A stretch of DNA of 64,000 bases. Source: Paragordius varius. Lineage: Eukaryota; Animalia; Nematomorpha. The DNA is taken from positions 620,001-684,000 of the forward strand of contig OZ176055.1 of NCBI GenBank assembly GCA_964247055.1. Reading direction: 5' to 3'. The notes beneath the pieces were generated by a model. It searched no databases, had not been told where the DNA came from, and saw only the letters and a program-made list of their open reading frames with translations. Numbering within the stretch: position 1 is the first letter of the stretch; each line of letters starts with the position of its first letter. Shown here one piece after another: positions 49,264-61,080 of this stretch. A program made the position numbers and the translations under genes.

Positions 49264-50163
49264 TATATCTCTAGTTATGATTATAGCTAGATGAGATTTA
49301 ACATAAGAAAATAAGAATATATACTTGTGTATATAACAATAACACATTTCGGAATTCCACACACAAATATAAATGCTATTAGCTTCGTTCAAATTAGGCT
49401 TTGGCGCTTTTGTCACGGAATTCGTAGGCATTCCAATAATCGTTTTTTGACTCGTCCAACAACGTTTTATTAAGTGAGAATCATGCCTTGAATCGAATCC
49501 CCGCACATCCCTATAAAATTATTTATTTAAGACAAATTAAAACTAATAAAATTAAAAGCAATCACATACTTAAAATTTTGACAATGAGTAATAATATGTG
49601 GAATCGATACGAAATCTCGGTCACGATTTCCTTTCTTTGCACTTGCCATAAGTATATTGACAAAAAAGATTGGTAAAAAAACAAGTTTCATTCTTTGAAA
49701 AAAATATTTTCTCTGTTGATAAAAAAGTTCAATCTATAAGTCTCCTTTTAAGACGTGATTTTGGGGTTTTACCCATTAAAACATCTTGATTCGTTAACTT
49801 AATGAGGCTAATATACCACATTATCTATTCGACATTATGTTGTTTGCTTACGCCGAAAGACTAAGTAGTGTGAGCTATCGTATTAAACAAGATAATAAAT
49901 ATTTAACTTTTTCCCAATACAAAAACAAATGTTTCAGGAGGTTGTGGGGTAAAAATGTTTTAAAAAGCGAATATTTATAAAAATACATTTCAACACAATG
50001 AGAAAACTTTCTTAATTAAAAGTTAAAGAAAATAAAGCATCAATATATGAGACAATAATTCTTTAACACTTTTAAGAGGTCCCTCAGGCTGGAGTGAATA
50101 ACAACCAAAAAAATGCATTATTAATGAAACAGTGGTTTTATGTAAAAAAATAAAATCTACACA

Positions 50164-53100
50164 TCTATATATTTATAAAAATGGAAAATGCTGGCTTTGT
50201 GATCTGGTACAGGAAAACCGGTAGACCCAATCAAATCCAAATATCGAAAAAATATAATCATTAATAAATGTCCCGACAATAGCTTCGCCCTTTTTTTGAA
50301 ATAGGCCCCCAGTTCGGGCCCACCCCGTATGAAAAACGGGTTTTTTTTGAAAACAGAAGTCCACGAAATCGTGTTTTTGAGACAATTTTCCGGAGAACGT
50401 GTTGGACCATTCAATTTCAAATATAATTTTTGTTTACTTATTTTCGATTGCGCCGAACATAGTCGAGCCACTTTTTTGATTTAGGCCCTCTTTTTACCCG
50501 CTCCCCCCGTAAAATGCCATTTTTTTCAAAAAACAAAGTCCACAAAAATAATTTTCTAAATCGATTTTTCGCCCTAGGTATGAGACCGTAAAAATTCAAT
50601 AAAGATTCCACGTATTCCCTGTTAAAAGGCAAAAATTTTAGTCCACCGTTTATTTGATGATAGCTGCTGGGTAAGGAGCTACCCGCTAAAAACTGATTTT
50701 TCATATAACTTTGTGAACTGTTTCCGGAAAACCGGTGATCCCAATCAAATCCAAATATCGAAAAAATTTAATCATTAATGAATGCCCCGACAATAGCTTC
50801 GCCCTTTTTTGGAATTAGGTCCCCAGTTCGGGCCCACCCCGTGTGAAAAATGGGTCAAGTCAATTTTTTGGAGAACGTGTTGGACCATTCAATTTCAAAT
50901 ATGAATTTTGTTTACTTATTTTTGATCGCGCTGAACATAGTCGAGTCACTTTTTTGATTTAGGCCCTCTTTTTACCCGCTACCCCCGTAAAATGCCATTT
51001 TTTTCAAAAAAAAACAAAGTCCACAAAAATATTTTTTTGATTGTATTTTTTTGTCCACGGTATGAGACTGTAAAAATTCAATAAAGATTCCACGTATTCC
51101 CTGTTAAAAGGCAAAAATTTTAGTCAAGCGTTTCTTTGATGATAGATGCTGAGTAAGGAGTATCTATCATATGCATAGCATGTTAAAAGATATATGGATA
51201 TTAATACATTATTTATCCTCATCTATATATTTATAAAAATGGAAAATGCTGGCTTTGTGATCTGGTACAGGAAAACCGGTAGACCCAATCAAATCCAAAT
51301 ATCGAAAAAATATAATCATTAATAAATGTCCCGACAATAGCTTCGCCCTTTTTTGGAATTAGGTCCCCAGTTCGGGCCCACCCCGTGTGAAAAATGGGTC
51401 AAGTCAATTTTTTGGAGAACGTGTTGGACCATTCAATTTCAAATATGAATTTTGTTTACTTATTTTTGATCGCGCTGAACATAGTCGAGTCACTTTTTTG
51501 ATTTAGGCCCTCTTTTTACCCGCTACCCCCGTAAAATGCCATTTTTTTCAAAAAAAAACAAAGTCCACAAAAATATTTTTTTGATTGTATTTTTTTGTCC
51601 ACGGTATGAGACTGTAAAAATTCAATAAAGATTCCACGTATTCCCTGTTAAAAGGCAAAAATTTTAGTCAAGCGTTTCTTTGATGATAGATGCTGAGTAA
51701 GGAGTATCTATCATATGCATAGCATGTTAAAAGATATATGGATATTAATACATTATTTATCCTCATCTATATATTTATAAAAATGGAAAATGCTGGCTTT
51801 GTGATCTGGTACAGGAAAACCGGTAGACCCAATCAAATCCAAATATCGAAAAAATATAATCATTAATAAATGTCCCGACAATAGCTTCGCCCTTTTTTGG
51901 AATTAGGTCCCCAGTTCGGGCCCACCCCGTGTGAAAAATGGGTCAAGTCAATTTTTTGGAGAACGTGTTGGACCATTCAATTTCAAATATGAATTTTGTT
52001 TACTTATTTTTGATCGCGCTGAACATAGTCGAGTCACTTTTTTGATTTAGGCCCTCTTTTTACCCGCTACCCCCGTAAAATGCCATTTTTTTCAAAAAAA
52101 AACAAAGTCCACAAAAATAATTTTTTAAATCGATTTTTCGCCCTAGGTATGAGACCGTAAAAATTCAATAAAGATTCCACGTATTCCCTGTTAAAAGGCA
52201 AAAATTTTAGTCTACCGTTTATTTGATGATAGCTGCTGGGTAAGGAGCTACCCGCTAAAAACTGATTTTTCATATAAATTTCTGATCTGTTTCCGAAAAA
52301 CCGGTGAACCCAATCAAATTTAAACATCGAAAAAATTTAATCATTAATGAATGCCCCGACAATAGCTTCGCCCTTTTTTGGAATTAGGTCCCCAGTTCGG
52401 GGCCACCCCGTGTGAAAAATGGGTTAAGTCAATTTTTTGGAGAAAGTGTTGGACCATTCAATTTCAAATATGAATTTTGTTTACTTATTTTTGATAGCGC
52501 TGAACATAGTCGAGTCACTTTTTTGATTTAGGCCCTCTTTTTACCCGCTACCCCCGTAAAATGCCATTTTTTTCAAAAAAAAACAAAGTCCACAAAAATA
52601 TTTTTTTGATTGTATTTTTTTGTCCACGGTATGAGACTGTAAAAATTCAATAAAGATTCCACGTATTCCCTGTTAAAAGGCAAAAATTTTAGTCAAGCGT
52701 TTCTTTGATGATAGATGCTGAGTAAGGAGTATCTATCATATGCATAGCATGTTAAAAGATATATGGATATTAATACATTATTTATCCTCATCTATATATT
52801 TATAAAAATGGAAAATGCTGGCTTTGTGATCTGGTACAGGAAAACCGGTAGACCCAATCAAATCCAAATATCGAAAAAATATAATCATTAATAAATGTCC
52901 CGACAATAGCTTCGCCCTTTTTTTGAAATAGGCCCCCAGTTCGGGCCCACCCCGTATGAAAAACGGGTTTTTTTTGAAAACAGAAGTCCACAAAATCGTG
53001 TTTTTGAGACAATTTTCCGGAGAACGTGTTGGACCATTCAATTTCAAATATAATTTTTGTTTACTTATTTTCGATTGCGCCGAACATAGTCGAGCCACTT

Positions 53101-56100
53101 TTTTGATTTAGGCCCTCTTTTTACCCGCTCCCCCCGTAAAATGCCATTTTTTTCAAAAAACAAAGTCCACAAAAATAATTTTCTAAATCGATTTTTCGCC
53201 CTAGGTATGAGACCGTAAAAATTCAATAAAGATTCCACGTATTCCCTGTTAAAAGGCAAAAATTTTAGTCCACCGTTTATTTGATGATAGCTGCTGGGTA
53301 AGGAGCTACCCGCTAAAAACTGATTTTTCATATAACTTTGTGAACTGTTTCCGGAAAACCGGTGATCCCAATCAAATCCAAATATCGAAAAAATTTAATC
53401 ATTAATGAATGCCCCGACAATAGCTTCGCCCTTTTTTGGAATTAGGTCCCCAGTTCGGGCCCACCCCGTGTGAAAAATGGGTCAAGTCAATTTTTTGGAG
53501 AACGTGTTGGACCATTCAATTTCAAATATGAATTTTGTTTACTTATTTTTGATCGCGCTGAACATAGTCGAGTCACTTTTTTGATTTAGGCCCTCTTTTT
53601 ACCCGCTACCCCCGTAAAATGCCATTTTTTTCAAAAAAAAACAAAGTCCACAAAAATATTTTTTTGATTGTATTTTTTTGTCCACGGTATGAGACTGTAA
53701 AAATTCAATAAAGATTCCACGTATTCCCTGTTAAAAGGCAAAAATTTTAGTCAAGCGTTTCTTTGATGATAGATGCTGAGTAAGGAGTATCTATCATATG
53801 CATAGCATGTTAAAAGATATATGGATATTAATACATTATTTATCCTCATCTATATATTTATAAAAATGGAAAATGCTGGCTTTGTGATCTGGTACAGGAA
53901 AACCGGTAGACCCAATCAAATCCAAATATCGAAAAAATTTAATCATTAATGAATGCCCCGACAATAGCTTCGCCCTTTTTTGGAATTAGGTCCCCAGTTC
54001 GGGCCCACCCCGTGTGAAAAATGGGTCAAGTCAATTTTTTGGAGAACGTGTTGGACCATTCAATTTCAAATATGAATTTTGTTTACTTATTTTTGATCGC
54101 GCTGAACATAGTCGAGTCACTTTTTTGATTTAGGCCCTCTTTTTACCCGCTACCCCCGTAAAATGCCATTTTTTTCAAAAAAAAACAAAGTCCACAAAAA
54201 TAATTTTTTAAATCGATTTTTCGCCCTAGGTATGAGACCGTAAAAATTCAATAAAGATTCCACGTATTCCCTGTTAAAAGGCAAAAATTTTAGTCTACCG
54301 TTTATTTGATGATAGCTGCTGGGTAAGGAGCTACCCGCTAAAAACTGATTTTTCATATAAATTTCTGATCTGTTTCCGAAAAACCGGTGAACCCAATCAA
54401 ATTTAATCGAAAAAATTTAATCATTAATGAATGCCCCGACAATAGCTTCGCCCTTTTTTGGAATTAGGTCCCCAGTTCGGGGCCACCCCGTGTGAAAAAT
54501 GGGTTAAGTCAATTTTTTGGAGAACGTGTTGGACCATTCAATTTCAAATATGAATTTTGTTTACTTATTTTTGATCGCGCTGAACATAGTCGAGTCACTT
54601 TTTTGATTTAGGCCCTCTTTTTACCCGCTACCCCCGTAAAATGCCATTTTTTTCAAAAAAAAACAAAGTCCACAAAAATATTTTTTTGATTGTATTTTTT
54701 TGTCCACGGTATGAGACTGTAAAAATTCAATAAAGATTCCACGTATTCCCTGTTAAAAGGCAAAAATTTTAGTCAAGCGTTTCTTTGATGATAGATGCTG
54801 AGTAAGGAGTATCTATCATATGCATAGCATGTTAAAAGATATATGGATATTAATACATTATTTATCCTCATCTATATATTTATAAAAATGGAAAATGCTG
54901 GCTTTGTGATCTGGTACAGGAAAACCGGTAGACCCAATCAAATCCAAATATCGAAAAAATATAATCATTAATAAATGTCCCGACAATAGCTTCGCCCTTT
55001 TTTTGAAATAGGCCCCCAGTTCGGGCCCACCCCGTATGAAAAACGGGTTTTTTTTGAAAACAGAAGTCCACGAAATCGTGTTTTTGAGACAATTTTCCGG
55101 AGAACGTGTTGGACCATTCAATTTCAAATATAATTTTTGTTTACTTATTTTCGATTGCGCCGAACATAGTCGAGCCACTTTTTTGATTTAGGCCCTCTTT
55201 TTACCCGCTCCCCCCGTAAAATGCCACCTTTTTCAAAAAACAAAGTCCACAAAAATAATTTTCTAAATCGATTTTTCGCCCTAGGTATGAGACCGTAAAA
55301 ATTCAATAAAGATTCCACGTATTCCCTGTTAAAAGGCAAAAATTTTAGTCCACCGTTTATTTGATGATAGCTGCTGGGTAAGGAGCTACCCGCTAAAAAC
55401 TGATTTTTCATATAACTTTGTGAACTGTTTCCGGAAAACCGGTGATCCCAATCAAATCCAAATATCGAAAAAATTTAATCATTAATGAATGCCCCGACAA
55501 TAGCTTCGCCCTTTTTTGGAATTAGGTCCCCAGTTCGGGCCCACCCCGTGTGAAAAATGGGTCAAGTCAATTTTTTGGAGAACGTGTTGGACCATTCAAT
55601 TTCAAATATGAATTTTGTTTACTTATTTTTGATCGCGCTGAACATAGTCGAGTCACTTTTTTGATTTAGGCCCTCTTTTTACCCGCTACCCCCGTAAAAT
55701 GCCATTTTTTTCAAAAAAAAACAAAGTCCACAAAAATATTTTTTTGATTGTATTTTTTTGTCCACGGTATGAGACTGTAAAAATTCAATAAAGATTCCAC
55801 GTATTCCCTGTTAAAAGGCAAAAATTTTAGTCAAGCGTTTCTTTGATGATAGATGCTGAGTAAGGAGTATCTATCATATGCATAGCATGTTAAAAGATAT
55901 ATGGATATTAATACATTATTTATCCTCATCTATATATTTATAAAAATGGAAAATGCTGGCTTTGTGATCTGGTACAGGAAAACCGGTAGACCCAATCAAA
56001 TCCAAATATCGAAAAAATATAATCATTAATAAATGTCCCGACAATAGCTTCGCCCTTTTTTTGAAATAGGCCCCCAGTTCGGGCCCACCCCGTATGAAAA

Positions 56101-57491
56101 ACGGGTTTTTTTTGAAAACAGAAGTCCACGAAATCGTGTTTTTGAGACAATTTTCCGGAGAACGTGTTGGACCATTCAATTTCAAATATAATTTTTGTTT
56201 ACTTATTTTCGATTGCGCCGAACATAGTCGAGCCACTTTTTTGATTTAGGCCCTCTTTTTACCCGCTCCCCCCGTAAAATGCCATTTTTTTCAAAAAAAA
56301 ACAAAGTCCACAAAAATAATTTTTTAAATCGATTTTTCGCCCTAGGTATGAGACCGTAAAAATTCAATAAAGATTCCACGTATTCCCTGTTAAAAGGCAA
56401 AAATTTTAGTCTACCGTTTATTTGATGATAGCTGCTGGGTAAGGAGCTACCCGCTAAAAACTGATTTTTCATATAAATTTCTGATCTGTTTCCGAAAAAC
56501 CGGTGAACCCAATCAAATTTAAACATCGAAAAAATTTAATCATTAATGAATGCCCCGACAATAGCTTCGCCCTTTTTTGGAATTAGGTCCCCAGTTCGGG
56601 GCCACCCCGTGTGAAAAATGGGTTAAGTCAATTTTTTGGAGAACGTGTTGGACCATTCAATTTCAAATATGAATTTTGTTTACTTATTTTTGATCGCGCT
56701 GAACATAGTCGAGTCACTTTTTTGATTTAGGCCCTCTTTTTACCCGCTCCCCCCGTAAAATGCCATTTTTTTCAAAAAACAAAGTCCACAAAAATAATTT
56801 TCTAAATCGATTTTTCGCCCTAGGTATGAGACCGTAAAAATTCAATAAAGATTCCACGTATTCCCTGTTAAAAGGCAAAAATTTTAGTCCACCGTTTATT
56901 TGATGATAGCTGCTGGGTAAGGAGCTACCCGCTAAAAACTGATTTTTCATATAACTTTGTGAACTGTTTCCGGAAAACCGGTGATCCCAATCAAATCCAA
57001 ATATCGAAAAAATTTAATCATTAATGAATGCCCCGACAATAGCTTCGCCCTTTTTTGGAATTAGGTCCCCAGTTTGAACCCACCCCGTGTGAAAAATGGG
57101 TCAAGTCAATTTTTTGGAGAACGTGTTGGACCATTCAATTTCAAATATGATTTTTGTTTACTTATTTTCGATTGCGCCGAACATAGTCGAGTCACTTTTT
57201 TGATTTAGGCCCTCTTTTTACCCGCTCCCCCCGTAAAATGCCATTTTTTCAAAAAAAAAACAAAGTCCACAAAAATATTTTTTTGATTGTATTTTTTTGC
57301 CCACGGTATGAGACTGTAAAAATTCGAGAAAGATTTTTCATATTGCCTGTTAAAAGGCAAAAATTTTAGTCAGGCGTTTCTTTGATGATAGCTGCTGAGT
57401 AAGGAGTATCTATCATATGTATAGCATGTTACCCCCCCCAGAAGTCCGAAGGACTTCCTCGGGCTGCGTAGCAGCACGAGATTCACGCTAG
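50164..57491 (+). mobile_element. Helitron-derived tandem array (14 x ~0.5 kb subunits) between a TC 5' end and one hairpin-CTAG 3' end
   Basis: cccgacaatagcttcgccc recurs 14 times at about 470-555 bp spacing. The family 5' end recurs 7 times. A single 3' end gaagtccgaaggacttc..cacgagattcacgCTAG|T lies at 57488-57491. Confidence 0.88.
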
Positions 57492-57544
57492 TATATATAT
57501 ATAAATAAATGTGGATATTATCGTTCTCAATATTATATAATGCT

Positions 57545-57720
57545 TTATTCAAAACATTTACATTAAAAATTGAAATTATACGGACAAAACGTAATAATAT
57601 AAAGACAAATAATTTTTTCATAAGACAACCACACTTTTTAAACCTTAGTTTTTCTCATATAAATTATATAAGTACAATTCATAAATAAAAAATTGATTGT
57701 CTAACAAATTTAATTCTCTA
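57545..57720. repeat. Half copy of the 27370-27700 MITE-like family
   Basis: aaattatacggacaaaacgtaataat..gacaaccacacttttt matches the left arm at 27405-27480. Confidence 0.55.
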
Positions 57721-57752
57721 TTTTATACAAGTTTACACTTATATAGCACATA

Positions 57753-60700
57753 CAGTATGCATTTTAATGTATGTTCAGTAATTTTATTACCAGTCCAATA
57801 ACATAAATGGTTTATATAATGCGTAAATGAGCCACGAAATTATTTCGTAGTACACATATGAAAAAGGATTGACATGAGAATTAACATAGGCTTTAATTTT
57901 TGTAAGGTTAAAATTTGAGAATGTTATAGCATTTTATGTTAACATTTGTAATATTGTTGTTACGTATTTAGATCCGGAATTTTGTAGGTTTTAATCTTTG
58001 ATAAATTAATAAATAGTAATACGTATTTTAAGATATTTTATGTTAATTATTCCTAAATTTAATAATAAATATTTTTTAACATGCTAAATTCCTGTATTAA
58101 TCAATAGTATTATAATTTTATATAGTTGTTATTACTAATTAAAAAACACAGATTAATATATATTTGTGAAAATTTAAGTAGATATTAGATTTTTGTCTTA
58201 TGTTTTTTGCATTGTTAATTATTAATAATTTTTAAGTATTTCAGACATTTTAATCAGGTTTTAAATTTAGTCAAATTTAATTTTTTTTGTTTTTTTATTA
58301 ACATTGTTAATTGTAATCAATTACTACATATTTTGGACATTTTAAACAGGTGAAAATTGCGGTTTATAATAAATTTAGAAAATATTTAGTCTTTTTTGTT
58401 TTTTAGGTTTTGCATGGTTAATTTTAATTACTTAGTACATATTTTGGACATTTTAATAATTACAGGTAAAATCATTCAGATTTAAGAATTTTTTGTTTTT
58501 TCTGTACTGCATTTTTAATTGATAATAATTTAAAATAGTTCTGTTATAATTATCAAAACAGGTAAAAATATTTGGGTGTGAGTTTTTATTATTATTTAGG
58601 TATGCATTGTTAATTATTAAAATTTTTATTTTTTGTTATATTAATAAATACAAGTAAAACTATTTTTATTTAAGAAAATTTATGTATTTTCAATTTGTTT
58701 TTTAGGTTTTTTTGTTAGTTATTCATGTTTTCAATATATTCGGCATAAATAAAGACAGGTAAAAGTCAATGTTTTTTGGTTTAATTAAATCACTAAAATA
58801 CTCAACCAGTTCAAAAGCTAACAATAAGGAAATAATTTTTAATTATAAATTTATTTATATATAAATGTATTTTCATATAGATCATAAATTAATGTTGGAG
58901 CATTGTTTGAAATTATCATTCTTATTGAGATGAATAAGGTAATTTTGATGATTGTAATATTGATATACGATGCGATGTGCATTCCTGGTGATTATATCTT
59001 AAATTAAGGAATATCATGAATGCCAAAAAATCACTAAGAAATGTAGATTATCCTGAAAATTACAATTATCATCATTTTCTGGGATGATTATAACTCAAAT
59101 ATAAGATAGAAACGTATTAGAAAATTAATACCTGGATTCTAGAAGTATTTTCAACATAATTTAAATATTGGAGGCTAAAACATCTAAAGTTTGAAAGGGG
59201 ATTAAATAAGGTTGACCTGGCTTTTTAACAACTAAACTTGCAAATATTTTCTTTATGAGAAGAAATTCAAAAATGATATTTTATGTTTTTTGCGTTTTCG
59301 TTCTACCATCCTAAACAATAAATAAAAAGGCTTATATGATTTCACCAATGACGTTAAATAGAAAATAGAGACAAAGATTTTTTTAAGCTTTAAATGCAAC
59401 AGCAAAACTAAGCAGTTTAGTATGGTAGAACGAAATCGTAAAAGCATAAAATATCATTTTTGAATTTTTTATCATGAAGAAAATATTTTTTGCAAATTTA
59501 GTTGTTAAAAAGCCAGTCAACCTTACTTTCAAACTTTGGATGTTTTAGCCTCCAATATTTAAATTATGTTGAAAATACTTCTAGAATCCAGGTATTAATT
59601 TTCTAATACGTTTCTATCTTATATTTGAGTTATAATCATCCAAAATGATGATAATTTTAATTTTCAGGATAATCTACATTTCTTAGTGATTTTCTGGCAT
59701 TCATGATATTCCTTAATTTAAGATATAATCACCAGGAATGCACATCGCATCGTATATCAATATTACAATCATCAAAATTACCTTATTCATCTCAATAAGA
59801 ATGCTAATTTCAAACAATGCTCCAACATTAATTTGTGATCTATATGATAATACATTTATATATAAATAAATTTATAATTAAAAATTATTTCCTTATTGTT
59901 AGCTTTTGAACTGGTTGAGTATATTTTTAGTGATTTGATTAAACCAAAAAACATTGACTTTTACCTGTCTTTATTGATGCCGAAAATATTGAAACCATGA
60001 ATAACTAACAAAAAACCTTAAAAACAAATTAAAAATACATAAATTTTCTTAAATAAAAATATTTTTACCTATTTAGTAATATAACAAAAAATAAAAATTT
60101 TAATAATTAACAATGCATACCTAAAAAATAACAAAAACTCACACCCAAATATTTTTACCTGTTTCGATAATTATAACAGAACCATTTTAAATTATTATTA
60201 AAAAATGCAATACAGAAAAAACAAAAAATTCTTAAATCTGGATGATTTTACCTGTAATTATTAAAATGTCCAAAATATGTAGTAATTAATTACAATTAAC
60301 AATGCAAAACCTAATGAAAACTAAATTTTTACTAATGTTTAAAACTGCAATTCTGTATTTTATAATGTCCAAAATATGTTGTTAATAATCACAATCAATG
60401 CAAAACCTAAAACCAAAAAAAACTAAATTTTTACTAAATTTGTTAAAAACCACAATTTTTACCTGTATTTATTAGAATGTCCAAAATATGTAGTAATTGA
60501 TTAAAATTAACAATGTTAAAAAAACAAAAAAAATTAAATTTGATTAAATTTAAAAACCGAATTTTTACCTGATTAAAATGTCTGAAATACTTAAAAATTA
60601 TTAATAATTAAGAATGTAAATAATAAAATACAAAAGTCTAATATCTACTTAAATTTTCACAAATATTTATTTACTTGTGTTTTTTTTTATTGGTAATAAC

Positions 60701-61080
60701 AACTATATATATAATATTGATTAATACAGGTACTTAGCATGTTGAAATATATTTATTATTAAATTTAGGAATCATTAACATAAAATGTCTTAAAATACGT
60801 ATTTTATTATTTTTAATTTACCAAAGATAAAAACCCACAAAATCCGCTTCTAAATACGTAACAACAATATACAAATGTTAACATAAATTGCTTTAATATT
60901 CTCAAAATTTAACATTACAATATATCCATCAAATTAAAGCCTATGTTAATTCTCACATCAATACTCTTTCAATGTGTACTACGAAATAATTTCGTAGGTC
61001 AGTATTTTACGCATTGGATAAACCATTTATGTTATTGGACTGGTAATAAAATTACTGAACATACATTAAAATGTATACTG
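57753..61080. mobile_element. Foldback element (about 1.6 kb inverted arms, about 90 bp spacer), TA target duplication and CAGT..ACTG ends (Tc1/mariner-type termini)
   Basis: 57751 TA|CAGTATgcattttaatgtatgttcag versus ctgaacatacattaaaatgtATACTG|TA at 61082. Arms pair inward to 59316/59405. About 115 bp subrepeats in each arm. No coding capacity seen. Confidence 0.85.

Noticed and set aside
50157-56950. Recurrent 68-107 aa ORFs (MARLCSAQ.., MSQKHDF.., MKNQFLAG..) also seen at 5464, 6280 and 40526
   Set aside because: They are chance frames in the non-coding Helitron repeat, with no Rep/helicase motifs; they recur only because the DNA is repeated.
50164-57491. CRISPR-like regular repeat spacing
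   Set aside because: Units are about 500 bp near-identical blocks without unique spacers, no cas genes are present, and the context is eukaryotic.
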